A DNA stretch of 64,000 nt from Gemmatimonadota bacterium. GTDB lineage: Bacteria > Gemmatimonadota > Gemmatimonadetes > Gemmatimonadales > Gemmatimonadaceae. The position numbers were made by a program, and so were the translations under genes. The stretch lies in contig JBQTHK010000032.1 in NCBI GenBank assembly GCA_052389935.1, positions 48,084 to 112,083 of the forward strand. Reading direction: 5' to 3'. Numbering within the stretch: the first letter of the stretch is position 1; every line of letters starts with the position of its first letter. The notes beneath the pieces were generated by a model. The model searched no databases, was not told where the DNA came from, and worked only from the letters and a program-made list of their open reading frames with translations. Shown one piece after another: positions 10,292 through 19,411 of this stretch.

Positions 10292-10937
10292 GCCGACGAC
10301 CCCGAGTCATCCGAATCTTGTCGTAATCGACCATCCGCTGATCCGGCACAAGGTCACTCTGCTTCGTGACCTGCGCACACCCAAGAAGATTTTCAAGGAG
10401 CTCGTCGACGAGATCGCAATGTTGATGGCTTACGAAGCAACCGCTGACCTCTCGCTCGAGGAAGTTTCGGTTCAAACGCCTCTCGAAGAGGCCCGGGGCT
10501 TCAGGGTCAGTGGCAAGAAGTTGACGCTTGTGCCCGTGCTTCGTGCCGGCCTCGGTATGGTCGAGGGGATTCTCCGGCTCGTACCCTCGGCGCGCGTCGG
10601 TCACATCGGCCTTTACCGTGATCACGACACGCTGCAGCCCGTCGATTACTACTTCAAGGTCCCGTCCGACGCCGCGGAGCGCGATTTCTTCATTCTCGAT
10701 CCGATGTTGGCGACAGGCGGTAGCGCGGTAGCGGCAATCGATTCTCTCAAGAGAGTCGGCGCAGCACGCATTCGCTTTCTCTGTCTGGTCGCGGCCCCTG
10801 AGGGAATCGAGCGTCTGCGCACAGCACACCCTGAGGTATCAGTCTACTGCGCGGCTGTAGACCGCGAGCTCAACGGCAACGGATATATCCTCCCCGGCCT
10901 CGGGGACGCGGGCGACCGCCTCTTCGGAACGCGCTGA
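10290..10937 (+). CDS. upp: uracil phosphoribosyltransferase
   Basis: [47 protein letters not shown] are all Upp hallmarks. Confidence 0.95.
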   Translation: MPTTPSHPNLVVIDHPLIRHKVTLLRDLRTPKKIFKELVDEIAMLMAYEATADLSLEEVSVQTPLEEARGFRVSGKKLTLVPVLRAGLGMVEGILRLVPSARVGHIGLYRDHDTLQPVDYYFKVPSDAAERDFFILDPMLATGGSAVAAIDSLKRVGAARIRFLCLVAAPEGIERLRTAHPEVSVYCAAVDRELNGNGYILPGLGDAGDRLFGTR

Positions 10938-11072
10938 GGCGCGCCGCCACGCACGCTTGCTCGCAAGCACACTCAGGACTGATCCCAGCGTATGTGAACT
11001 TGTTCGCAAACACGTAGGCAGCTATCATTCGCCCCGTTCGAGGCACCCGCGCCGCCCACCCGCGCCATAGGC

Positions 11073-12014
11073 TTGATGCTCATCAACCTGATTCCGGACT
11101 TCTTCGCAGTCCTGAACAGCAGTGACAGGGTTGGTGCCTATCAGCAGTACTTCGATGCCCATCACGCGCGACTGAGCGCCTATTGGCAGAACTACATCCT
11201 GGATCCAGAAAGCGAACACTTTCTCGACGTGGTCCGGATGACGGTGTTCGCCGAGCGTTCCGACCTTCGCGCGATGCTCGAACGTACGGATGTCGTCGCC
11301 ATGGCCACAAGGACCGGCGAGCAGGTTGGCGAGTTGTTAGGCAGTGACGTCGACTTTGACATCGTGCTGATGGTCGGCGTCGGAGGAGCCAACGCCGGCG
11401 AACTCGTCGTCGCCGGCCGCGGTATGGCCTTCGTAAGCCTTGAACACTTCACCGGCGTCCCTAATCCGGAAACGCAGGGGCTGGGACTGGACCCGGAACT
11501 GATTCCAATGTGGCTTGCGCACGAAATCGCGCACGCCGTCCGCTACACGTCGCCTGGCTCCCGGAGCGAAATCCGGGAAATCGTCGAGGGAGCTGACGGC
11601 TACTACTCCTATTGGGAAACGGGACGCCGCGCTTCCCTGCGTGAGCTGCTTGTAAACGAAGGCCTGGCCGTGACAACCGGACGACTCTTCTCACCGGGGC
11701 TGGCCGCCTGGGAGTACTACGGTTACGGTCGCAGGCAATACGCTCGCGTCCGCGAGCTCGAGCCGATGATCGGCAGGGCCGTTGGCTCGCAACTCGACGA
11801 GCGCGCGCTCGGCCTGAGGCTGCGCTACCTGCTGGGCGGCACCAGCGAAGAGACTCGGACCATCGAGCGCGTTGTCGTACCCGAACGCGCGGGCTACTTC
11901 GTAGGGACGCGAATGGTCGAGGCGGCTGTCTCGCAGCGCGGGTTACCGTGGGCGATTCGGGCGTCAGCCAGAGAAATAACCGACGTCGCGGCCGCGGCCG
12001 CGATCACGGCGTGA
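11073..12014 (+). CDS. hypothetical protein with HExxH motif (DUF2268-like predicted zinc protease)
   Basis: WLAHEIAHAVRY motif. 313 aa with good GC3. The family call is tentative. Confidence 0.55.
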   Translation: MMLINLIPDFFAVLNSSDRVGAYQQYFDAHHARLSAYWQNYILDPESEHFLDVVRMTVFAERSDLRAMLERTDVVAMATRTGEQVGELLGSDVDFDIVLMVGVGGANAGELVVAGRGMAFVSLEHFTGVPNPETQGLGLDPELIPMWLAHEIAHAVRYTSPGSRSEIREIVEGADGYYSYWETGRRASLRELLVNEGLAVTTGRLFSPGLAAWEYYGYGRRQYARVRELEPMIGRAVGSQLDERALGLRLRYLLGGTSEETRTIERVVVPERAGYFVGTRMVEAAVSQRGLPWAIRASAREITDVAAAAAITA

Positions 12015-12015
12015 T

Positions 12016-13446
12016 TCATTTGCCGATGCAGAAAGTCGCGAATACGGCTCCGAGAACGTCATCGGGGCTCACGCTGCCGATCAGCTCGCCCAGAAGGTCA
12101 CTCGCCGACCGAACGTGCACGGCTGCGACAATCGCCGGGATCAATCGCTCCCGCCACACACGTTCGAACTCTCGCATCTCTGCAGCGGCGGCGGCGAGCG
12201 CAGCTCCGTGTCGCGCAGTTGTCAGGAGTGGACCGTGCAAGTCGCCAGCCAGGGCACTTTTCTCGAGTGCTGCTTCGATCCTCTCTACCAGGCTGTCGAG
12301 GCCGTGGCGCGTCCTGACGCTGACGTTTTCATCGGTGCTGACCGGGTCGCTCTCGTGGGACTGAGTTGCGGGCCGGAGGTCGGCCTTCGTCCGGACCCTG
12401 ATGACCGGCACGTCGGTTACAGCCTCGAGCCGTGAAGTCGTGAAGTCGATACTGGCAACTGTTTCTCCGCAGGCGAGAACCACCTGGGCGTCGCGGATGT
12501 TTTCGAAGCTCACCTCGATGCCCATCTGCTCGAGCAGGTCCTCGCCGACTTCCCTGAGCCCCGCGGTGTCGATGAGCCTTATTGGCCACCGCGCTGTCTC
12601 GATTCTTCCTTCGAGCGCATCACGGGTTGTTCCCGGGATCTCTGTTACCAGTGCGCGTCGTTCGCCGAGAAGAGCATTGAAGAGAGACGATTTTCCAGCG
12701 TTCGGCTCGCCCGCGATCACGACGCGGGCTCCGTCGCGGAGAATGCCAGCCCGGGGCGCGGTAGCCAGCATCGATTCGAGCTCCTCACGCACGGCGACTG
12801 CAGCATCGAGTATCCGGCCAGCGGGAATGGGACCATCGTCTTCCTCGGGGAAGTCGATGTCGTAGGCGAGCAATGCCTCGAGCTGAAGGAGCTGTTGACG
12901 GAGCGAGTCGATGCTTTCCGAGAGCTCGCCGTGAAGCTGGGAGAGTGCGATGCGCCTCGCCGCCTGCGTTGGGGCGTCGATGATCTGGGCGACCGCTTCG
13001 GCCTGAATCAGGTCGAGTTTTCCATTGATGAAGGCGCGCTGCGTGAACTCACCCGGCTCGGCCAGTCGCGCCCCGTGGTGGAGGAGCACATCCATCAACG
13101 CTGAACTGACCGCAGCACCCCCATGACAGGAAAACTCGATCACGTCCTCCCCGGTGAACGAGCGCGGTGTGTCGAAGCGCAGAACAAGTGCGTCGTCGAT
13201 GAGACTGCCGTCGGGAGCTTCCAGAGCGGTGAGCAGCGGCCTCTCATCAGGCCCCGGAAGACGATGGCAAACTGTTGATGCAATTACGAGGGCGCGCGGC
13301 CCGCTCAGCCTGATCAGCGCAATCGCGCTTCGACCCGGAGCGGTTGCGATTGCCGCGATTGTGTCATCACGGACCTGCAGTATGCGCCGGTTCTCCGTCA
13401 GCCCTTCTTGTTGCTGGTCTTTGCTCGTTCGTGGGCGATCAGCCAT
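12016..13446 (-). CDS. mnmE: tRNA modification GTPase MnmE
   Basis: N-terminus DTIAAIATAPGRSAIALIRLSG, G1 motif GEPNAGKSSLFNAL, and C-terminal CIGK. The ATG at 13446 is the only in-frame canonical start near the conserved N-terminus and overlaps the yidC 3' end by 49 nt. Confidence 0.9.
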   Translation of the reverse strand: MADRPRTSKDQQQEGLTENRRILQVRDDTIAAIATAPGRSAIALIRLSGPRALVIASTVCHRLPGPDERPLLTALEAPDGSLIDDALVLRFDTPRSFTGEDVIEFSCHGGAAVSSALMDVLLHHGARLAEPGEFTQRAFINGKLDLIQAEAVAQIIDAPTQAARRIALSQLHGELSESIDSLRQQLLQLEALLAYDIDFPEEDDGPIPAGRILDAAVAVREELESMLATAPRAGILRDGARVVIAGEPNAGKSSLFNALLGERRALVTEIPGTTRDALEGRIETARWPIRLIDTAGLREVGEDLLEQMGIEVSFENIRDAQVVLACGETVASIDFTTSRLEAVTDVPVIRVRTKADLRPATQSHESDPVSTDENVSVRTRHGLDSLVERIEAALEKSALAGDLHGPLLTTARHGAALAAAAAEMREFERVWRERLIPAIVAAVHVRSASDLLGELIGSVSPDDVLGAVFATFCIGK

Positions 13447-15047
13447 TGTTGTGGAATGGCCGCTACGTTCTGCACAGCGTAGTAGAGGTTGAGTCCCGAT
13501 GCGAAGTTGGCGAACATCACCGTCATCATCACGGGAAACACATAGAGCATGATCTTGGCCTGCGGATTGGGAGGCGCGTTCCTCATACCGACCCACGACA
13601 TGACGAACATCGACAGGCCCATGAGGACCGGGACGATGTAGAATGGATCCTTGAGCGAGATGTCGGTCAGCCAGAGGAACGGTACGCCACGGAATTCGAT
13701 CGTGTTCTGAAAGACGAAGAACAATGCAAACAGGATCGGCATCGGCAACAGGAGCGGCAGGCACCCCGCGAAGGCGCTGAACGGACTCATGTCGTGCTCC
13801 TTGTAGACCCGCATCATTTCACTCTGCAGCTTCTGCGGATCCCCCTTGTACTTCGTCTGAAGCGCAGCCAGTTCGGGCTGAATCTTCTGCATCTTGAAGC
13901 TGGTCCGCATGGCACCCTGATTGAGCGGCCAAAGGAGGAGACGGACAACAACTCCAAACACGATCAGCAGCCAGCCGTAGCTCAGCGGCAGCGCTGACTT
14001 CATCCACAGGAGGACCTTCATGACGATCGTGGCGAATGGCTGCACGACGCCCTGCATGAAGCCCCCGTAGGGATTTGAGTTCTCGAACTCCCGCCCCATG
14101 GCGCGCAGGCGCTGGTACGACTGCGGACCGACGTAGACTTCGAAACCGAAATCCCCGTTGGCGCCGAGGCGCCGGATGAGCGAGGCGCTCGCGAGAGTCG
14201 GGACGCTCGAAGTTCTTGGTCCGCCGGTAGCTTGCGCCTCCGCGGTCGCGTCGTCACCCTCGTGCATGAGGACGCCCAACATGAAGTACTTGGACTTGGC
14301 GACTGCCCAGCTAATGGGTCCAGCCACGATCCGGCGCTCACCAGGGTCCAGCGATCGGAATGCGATTCCTTCTGCACCGCGACCGACCGGTTTGAACGCG
14401 TATGACAGCGAACCCTGATCAGCCAGGGTGTCAGCCTCATAGGAGGTGAGTGTATTCGGCAGGTCAATCAGGACAAAGTCCGGCCGTGCGCCCGAGGAGT
14501 CGGCTCCGATCGTGCCGGTGACTCTGACGATGAAACTGTCGGTCTTTACGTCGTGACGAAGTTGCACCGGAATACCGCGAGCGATGGCTGAAAATGAAAC
14601 AGATCCCGGGTCTGCCGAGTCGCTTGTGAAGTTGACGGTATTGAGATCGACGGTGTCGCGGCCGACGAGCAGGCGGAAGGACAGGAGTGGCCCTGTCGGA
14701 TCGTCGAGGTGAACCACTCCGGATTGGTCCCGGAGTGATCGATGTGTAGGCAACGTTACGCGCGCGAGGGTTCCGCCACTTGAGACAAAGCGAAACTCAC
14801 TGGAAGGGCCCTTTACCTCGATCGTATCGACTCGCTCGGCTTCCGCCGTCGGTCGTTCGGACGGAGGCGGTGTAGCTGAAACCGGCACGGGGAGCTGCGG
14901 CTGATCCTGGGAGGGCTGGGCCGTCGGTAAGGTGGGCGATGGGGGTGTTGCGGTGGTCGCCGGTTGACGTGGCGGCTGGAATATCCTCGGAGTGATGAGA
15001 ACCACGAGGAGAACCAAGGCAATGGCGAGGACAGTTCGTCGATCCAT
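13398..15047 (-). CDS. yidC: membrane protein insertase YidC
   Basis: 549 aa with a large periplasmic domain followed by the conserved 60-kDa IMP core (PLNQGAMRTSFKMQKIQPELAALQTKYKGDPQKL..., FLWLTDISLKDPFYILPVLMG). Confidence 0.92.
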   Translation of the reverse strand: MDRRTVLAIALVLLVVLITPRIFQPPRQPATTATPPSPTLPTAQPSQDQPQLPVPVSATPPPSERPTAEAERVDTIEVKGPSSEFRFVSSGGTLARVTLPTHRSLRDQSGVVHLDDPTGPLLSFRLLVGRDTVDLNTVNFTSDSADPGSVSFSAIARGIPVQLRHDVKTDSFIVRVTGTIGADSSGARPDFVLIDLPNTLTSYEADTLADQGSLSYAFKPVGRGAEGIAFRSLDPGERRIVAGPISWAVAKSKYFMLGVLMHEGDDATAEAQATGGPRTSSVPTLASASLIRRLGANGDFGFEVYVGPQSYQRLRAMGREFENSNPYGGFMQGVVQPFATIVMKVLLWMKSALPLSYGWLLIVFGVVVRLLLWPLNQGAMRTSFKMQKIQPELAALQTKYKGDPQKLQSEMMRVYKEHDMSPFSAFAGCLPLLLPMPILFALFFVFQNTIEFRGVPFLWLTDISLKDPFYIVPVLMGLSMFVMSWVGMRNAPPNPQAKIMLYVFPVMMTVMFANFASGLNLYYAVQNVAAIPQQWLIAHERAKTSNKKG

Positions 15048-15064
15048 CTATCGGCGGGGGTCAG

Positions 15065-15277
15065 TCATGGCACAGGATCATAGCCACCGGGCCGAAAGGG
15101 GTGGCAGCGGAGTACCCGCTTTGCAGCCAACCACGATCCTCGGAGGGCGCCGTGACGTTCGAGAGCTTCGATCGCGTAGTGCGAGCAGGATGGATAGTAG
15201 CGACAAGAGGCCGGAAGGAGTGGTCCTATGAAGAGCTGGTATCCGCGCACTATGCCGACGAGGACGCCGCGGATCAT
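15065..15277 (-). CDS. yidD: membrane protein insertion efficiency factor YidD
   Basis: 70 aa with the [15 protein letters not shown] motif. 4-nt overlap with rnpA. Confidence 0.9.
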   Translation of the reverse strand: MIRGVLVGIVRGYQLFIGPLLPASCRYYPSCSHYAIEALERHGALRGSWLAAKRVLRCHPFRPGGYDPVP

Positions 15278-15600
15278 CGTGTGTCCGAAACGAGTCTCCG
15301 GATCAGCGTCCGAACATTTTTGCGCAGCTCCTCATAGGTCAGGCCGTACGCGTGAGGGCCAGCTGTCAATACAACGTCCAAGCCGGCTGGAAATGTTTCC
15401 GCTGCGAGGATCGAGCGTAGCCGACGTTTGAGCAAGTTACGTTCGACGGCATTGCGTCCATGTCTGGGCACGATGATCCCCAGTCCGCTGGAGGCGTGAT
15501 TGGTGGAGGGGGTTACTCTGGCGTGAAGGGCGGCGGCGCGAGTTGTCCTCCCAGTCCTGCGGACTCGCTCGATTTCTTTTGAGCGAGAGATCCTGCGTAT
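15274..15600 (-). CDS. rnpA: ribonuclease P protein component (start codon uncertain, probably near-cognate ATA/ATC)
   Basis: [15 protein letters not shown] is the RnpA RNR-type motif. The frame stays open and RnpA-like ([26 protein letters not shown]...) for 43 codons upstream of the only canonical start, GTG 15471. See findings. Confidence 0.8.
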   Translation of the reverse strand: MRRISRSKEIERVRRTGRTTRAAALHARVTPSTNHASSGLGIIVPRHGRNAVERNLLKRRLRSILAAETFPAGLDVVLTAGPHAYGLTYEELRKNVRTLIRRLVSDTR

Positions 15601-15604
15601 CTGA

Positions 15605-15766
15605 CTACGCTGCGTACTTTGAGGGGAGTTTTACAGTCAGCTGGCGGCGCCCCTTTTTGCGCCTGCGACTGAGGACGGCGCGCCCCCACTTGGTCTCCAT
15701 ACGCGCCCGGAACCCGTGGGTGCGAATTCGTCGCGTGTTTCTTGGTCTGTAGGTCGGCTTTCCCAT
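15605..15766 (-). CDS. rpmH: 50S ribosomal protein L34
   Basis: Own translation: [58 protein letters not shown] lies 5 nt upstream of the ATG. Too short (53 aa) for the ORF track. Confidence 0.9.
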   Translation of the reverse strand: MGKPTYRPRNTRRIRTHGFRARMETKWGRAVLSRRRKKGRRQLTVKLPSKYAA

Positions 15767-15870
15767 GCGCTCTCCTGATCTTCCAGGAGGTCCCTGGAAA
15801 GATCGAGGAAGCTAATCGTTAGCCGTTGTGTGTCAACGGGTTACGTTGCTTGGAATCGCGATCTCTTGAC

Positions 15871-15879
15871 TTTTCCACA
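15871..15879 (+). promoter_or_regulatory. DnaA box variant TTTTCCACA
   Basis: 8/9 match to TTATCCACA and fits TTWTNCACA. Lies inside the spacer of a candidate dnaA promoter (TTGACT 15866-15871, 17 nt, TAGGTT 15889-15894). Confidence 0.55.
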
Positions 15880-15906
15880 GGGGGGGCCTAGGTTCGGCGC
15901 CCTTGG

Positions 15907-15915
15907 TTTTCCACA
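15907..15915 (+). promoter_or_regulatory. DnaA box variant TTTTCCACA
   Basis: Identical 9-mer 36 bp downstream of the first box and 9 nt upstream of the dnaA ATG. Confidence 0.55.
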
Positions 15916-15923
15916 CGTTTGGA

Positions 15924-17312
15924 ATGGAACTCGCTCCGCAGGAAGCATGGCGTCGCCTACTCGAGGCCGCAAGAGGCAGGCTTCCGGAACAAACGTTTCG
16001 TCTATGGCTGGAACACGCGGTGCCTGTTGGATTTAACGGGTCCGCACTTACCCTCAGGGTCGCGGACCAGTTCGCGGTCGACTGGAACGAGAAAAAGCAC
16101 GCCGACATCCTCGGCGCGCTCGCACCCATTGCGCTCGGTCAGCCTTGCTCGGTCCGTTTCGTGGCCGACGAAGAACGCCAGCAGCGCACTCAGATGGATC
16201 TCTTTTCTCAGCGCGCCGCGGTGCCTCGCCGTGAAACCTCTACCGAAGCTCCCCGCCCCACTCTCAGCTCCCGCTACACCTTCGACCAATTCGTCGTCGG
16301 TGGCTCCAACGAAGTTGCCGCGGCGGCCGCCATGGCTGCAGCACGCGCTCCCGGCCACACCTACAACCCACTCTTTTTTTACGGAAAGACTGGCGTCGGC
16401 AAGACGCATCTGATGCAGGCAATTGCTCATGATGTCGTCTCCCGAAATCCATCGCTCCGCATCACCTACCTTCCCGCCGAACAATTCACCAACGAGTACA
16501 TCACATCGTTGAAAACTGGATCGATGAACGAGTTTCGTCGGCGATTCCGTGAATCGGACTTGTTGCTCGTCGACGATATCCACTTTCTGCGCGGCAAGGA
16601 ATCCACACAGGAAGAGTTCTTTCATACTTTCAACGCCCTCTACGAAGCCGGCCGCCAGGTCGTAATGACCAGCGACCGCTCCCCAGCAGAAATACCCGGT
16701 ATCGAATCACGGCTGGTCTCACGATTCCAGTGGGGAATGGTCGCCGATATCAATCTCCCCGACTTCGAGCTTCGCGTAGCTATCCTCCGCAAGAAGGCCG
16801 AGATCGATCAACTGCAACGATCGATTCCCGACGACGTCCTGCGCTTTCTCGCTGAGCACATCCGTTCCAGCGTCCGTGAACTCGAAAGTGCCGTAATAAG
16901 ACTCCTCGCTTATTCTTCGCTCAAGCGTCGCGATATTACGGTCGCGCTCGCGCAAGAAGCGCTTCGCGACAAGCTCCGCCGGGTTTCCGGCGGCAGGTTC
17001 GAGGAACCCCTGCAGCTCACGCCTGAACGCATTCAGGAGATCACGGCGTCGACCTGGGAGGTAACCGCAGAGGGCCTTCGGTCCGCCGCACGAAAAAAGA
17101 CGCTTACTGTTCCGCGCCAAGCCGCGATGCTTCTCTGTCGTGAGCTCCTCGGCCTTCAGCTAACCGAAATCGGTGCCGCCTTCGGTGGCCGTGATCATTC
17201 CACTGTGATTCATAGTCTGGAGCGCGCTGGTGAGCTCGGGCGATCGGACGCGGTATTTTCCGCCAAACTCAACCAGACGCGATCTCAGCTCTTGTCCATG
17301 ACCCAGAAGTAG
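15924..17312 (+). CDS. dnaA: chromosomal replication initiator protein DnaA
   Basis: Walker A in NPLFFYGKTGVGKTHLMQAI, LLVDDIHFL, and C-terminal DNA-binding helix GGRDHSTVIHS. The ATG at 15924 (MELAPQEAWRRLLE...) is preferred to TTG 15903. Confidence 0.95.
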   Translation: MELAPQEAWRRLLEAARGRLPEQTFRLWLEHAVPVGFNGSALTLRVADQFAVDWNEKKHADILGALAPIALGQPCSVRFVADEERQQRTQMDLFSQRAAVPRRETSTEAPRPTLSSRYTFDQFVVGGSNEVAAAAAMAAARAPGHTYNPLFFYGKTGVGKTHLMQAIAHDVVSRNPSLRITYLPAEQFTNEYITSLKTGSMNEFRRRFRESDLLLVDDIHFLRGKESTQEEFFHTFNALYEAGRQVVMTSDRSPAEIPGIESRLVSRFQWGMVADINLPDFELRVAILRKKAEIDQLQRSIPDDVLRFLAEHIRSSVRELESAVIRLLAYSSLKRRDITVALAQEALRDKLRRVSGGRFEEPLQLTPERIQEITASTWEVTAEGLRSAARKKTLTVPRQAAMLLCRELLGLQLTEIGAAFGGRDHSTVIHSLERAGELGRSDAVFSAKLNQTRSQLLSMTQK

Positions 17313-17317
17313 CGACT

Positions 17318-17326
17318 TTATCCACA
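17318..17326 (+). promoter_or_regulatory. perfect consensus DnaA box TTATCCACA
   Basis: Exact 9-mer 6 nt after the dnaA stop, inside the 150-bp dnaA-dnaN spacer. Confidence 0.7.
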
Positions 17327-17392
17327 ACTCCACGCCACTACTACTTCTACTCTTTTAATTCCTCTCTGTTCTTAAAGAGCAGCGAGTCGGTC

Positions 17393-17401
17393 TGTGGAAA
17401 C
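17393..17401 (-). promoter_or_regulatory. DnaA box-like GTTTCCACA (inverted orientation)
   Basis: The reverse complement of tgtggaaac has one mismatch to TTWTNCACA at position 1. Confidence 0.4.
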
Positions 17402-17462
17402 GACAGCCCCAAGCTCGCCAGGGAGGACCCTCAAAGTTCCGCGTACCATCCACTCCACGCAA

Positions 17463-18566
17463 ATGCGCCTCACCATCAGTCGGGAGAAGTTGCAGGACGC
17501 ACTCGCTTCCGTCGGGTCCGCAGTTCCATCCAAGACAACGCTCCCGGTGCTCGCCAATCTCCTGTTGGAGACAACGGAGCGGGGACTGCGATTGTCCGGC
17601 ACGGATCTGGACATCGCGGTAAGCACCGAAATCGTCGCCGACGTTGAAACTCAAGGAGCCATCACCGCTCCGGCGCGAAAACTTGCCGACATCGTTCGAG
17701 AACTACCGGCAGCTCCGGTCTCACTTTCATCGGCCGGGGAGCAGCGGCTCGTCCTCGAATGTGGAAGGTCGCGATTCAAGCTCCTGGGGCTACCGCGTGA
17801 TGAGTTTCCGGCGTTTCCAGCTGTGAGTTTCTCGGAGGCATGGCGGGTGAGGAGCGGAGACCTCCAGAAGCTGATCTCTCACGTTTCCTTTGCTGCCTCA
17901 TCTGAGGAGAGCAGACCGATCCTGAACGGAGTTCTGTGGGAAGTGCGGAACGACGTTCTACGAATGGTGGCCACAAACGGTCATCGCCTGGCACGGATGC
18001 AGGTCGCCCACAGCGGTCAAACCACCGCGGACTTCATCATTCCGCCGAAAGCGCTCGATCAGGTACGAAAACTCTTCCCCGCGGACGAGGACCTCGAGAT
18101 TGCACGTGGGGAAAACCACGTAGCATTCCGATCGCCGCTGACTTCGATCTACACACGCCTGATCGAAGGGCCGTACCCGCCTTACGAACAGGTAATCCCG
18201 CGCGACAACGACAAAATAGCGATTCTGGACCGTGACGCTCTGACGAGCGCTCTCAAGCGGATGGCGGTGATCGCGTCGGACCAGACTCACCGCGTGAAGC
18301 TGGGCTTCAACACCGCACTGCTTCGGTTCTCTGTGCAGACGCCGGACCTGGGTGAGGGTCAGGACGAGCTTCCGGTCAAGTACACCGGTGACCCCCTCGA
18401 CATCGGCTTCAACAGCACTTACCTGCTCGAGATCCTCCGCTACATGCCAGCAAGCGAAGTTAGAATCACTCTCAAGGCTTCTGACCGTGCTGCAACCGTT
18501 CAGCCCGAAGGGTCGGAGGCGAGCGATTACCTGTGCCTCGTCATGCCGTTGCGGCTGGTCGACTAG
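17463..18566 (+). CDS. dnaN: DNA polymerase III subunit beta (sliding clamp)
   Basis: MRLTISREKLQDALASVGSAVPSKTTLPVLANLLLE... is the typical DnaN N-terminus. 367 aa. The track start at 17394 would add 23 non-conserved residues. Confidence 0.93.
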   Translation: MRLTISREKLQDALASVGSAVPSKTTLPVLANLLLETTERGLRLSGTDLDIAVSTEIVADVETQGAITAPARKLADIVRELPAAPVSLSSAGEQRLVLECGRSRFKLLGLPRDEFPAFPAVSFSEAWRVRSGDLQKLISHVSFAASSEESRPILNGVLWEVRNDVLRMVATNGHRLARMQVAHSGQTTADFIIPPKALDQVRKLFPADEDLEIARGENHVAFRSPLTSIYTRLIEGPYPPYEQVIPRDNDKIAILDRDALTSALKRMAVIASDQTHRVKLGFNTALLRFSVQTPDLGEGQDELPVKYTGDPLDIGFNSTYLLEILRYMPASEVRITLKASDRAATVQPEGSEASDYLCLVMPLRLVD

Positions 18567-19378
18567 TTACGACGAACCAGGGAATAAACGACCGTCTGCC
18601 GTATGCGCTGATCAACTCGTGAATTGCGGGCGCGGAACAGGATATCGACTCGTATGTCGGCCCTGGACGGAAGGAACTCGATAGTATTCACGCTGAGGAC
18701 CGCCTTTCCGCCAACGTTCGCGGTCACATGTATCGGCACGGCCCGGGTGGAATCCCCGGAGAGCTCCCCGCTCAGTTGAGCCACGGCATCGCCGCCAGTG
18801 GTGTCCGTGGAGCCTGACCACGCGATGTCGACCTTTCCAGCCAGTCGCATCTGCGCCAGACAACCGATCGAGCTTTCCCTCACGATTTCCCTTTTAACCC
18901 TCGCGGTACTCGTGTCCCGGGGAGGAATCAGCAAACCCAGGAGGAACGGCACCGCTGAGTCACGATCACCTGCACAGAGCAAACCAGTGGAAGCGGGAAC
19001 CGAGGCACCGAACCGATGGATCACACGCACCAGCTCCGACGCCCCCGAGTCGATCCTGGCGAATATGTTGAGGACATTGCCCGAATCGGCGAAGATGAGG
19101 ACGAGACGTACGGGTCGTGTGGTCGAATCGACCCTCGGCGTGGTGTCAGCGTGAAGCGGGAATGGCGATTCCTCTCGCGTGACTATGGTGACATGGCCAC
19201 TGAAGACTGCCGCCGAATCAGGGAAGCGCAGTGGGGACCGACTGGGAGCGGGGGGCGGTGCGGCAGGCGTACTTTCAGTGATCGGTTGAGGGGGAGCGGC
19301 GGGGGCTGGAATCGGAGCGCTTCGGCACGCCGTACCCAAGGCAACGAGTACAAAGCTCGTGAAGGCCTTGATCGCCAG
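18563..19378 (-). CDS. hypothetical lipoprotein (start uncertain; CTG 19378 proposed)
   Basis: Signal/lipobox-like AIKAFTSFVLVALGTAC followed by a Pro/Ala-rich linker. The track N-terminal extension (to 19585) runs through the RNase P RNA gene and is rejected. Confidence 0.5.
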   Translation of the reverse strand: MAIKAFTSFVLVALGTACRSAPIPAPAAPPQPITESTPAAPPPAPSRSPLRFPDSAAVFSGHVTIVTREESPFPLHADTTPRVDSTTRPVRLVLIFADSGNVLNIFARIDSGASELVRVIHRFGASVPASTGLLCAGDRDSAVPFLLGLLIPPRDTSTARVKREIVRESSIGCLAQMRLAGKVDIAWSGSTDTTGGDAVAQLSGELSGDSTRAVPIHVTANVGGKAVLSVNTIEFLPSRADIRVDILFRARNSRVDQRIRQTVVYSLVRRN

Positions 19379-19411
19379 GCTTGTCGCCCTTGGACTCGGG
19401 TGTGGGGTCAG

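Noticed and set aside
10228-10292. Divergent MBL hydrolase and upp start codons overlapping as CATG (10289-10292)
   Set aside because: This looked like head-to-head overlapping genes. However, the beta-CASP family N-terminus ([16 protein letters not shown]) begins about 20 residues in, and TTG 10237 and GTG 10228 are available. The overlap is therefore most likely an artefact of taking the longest ORF.
10251-10829. Minus-strand 192-aa ORF opposite upp
   Set aside because: It lies fully inside the unambiguous upp CDS on the other strand and is a shadow ORF.
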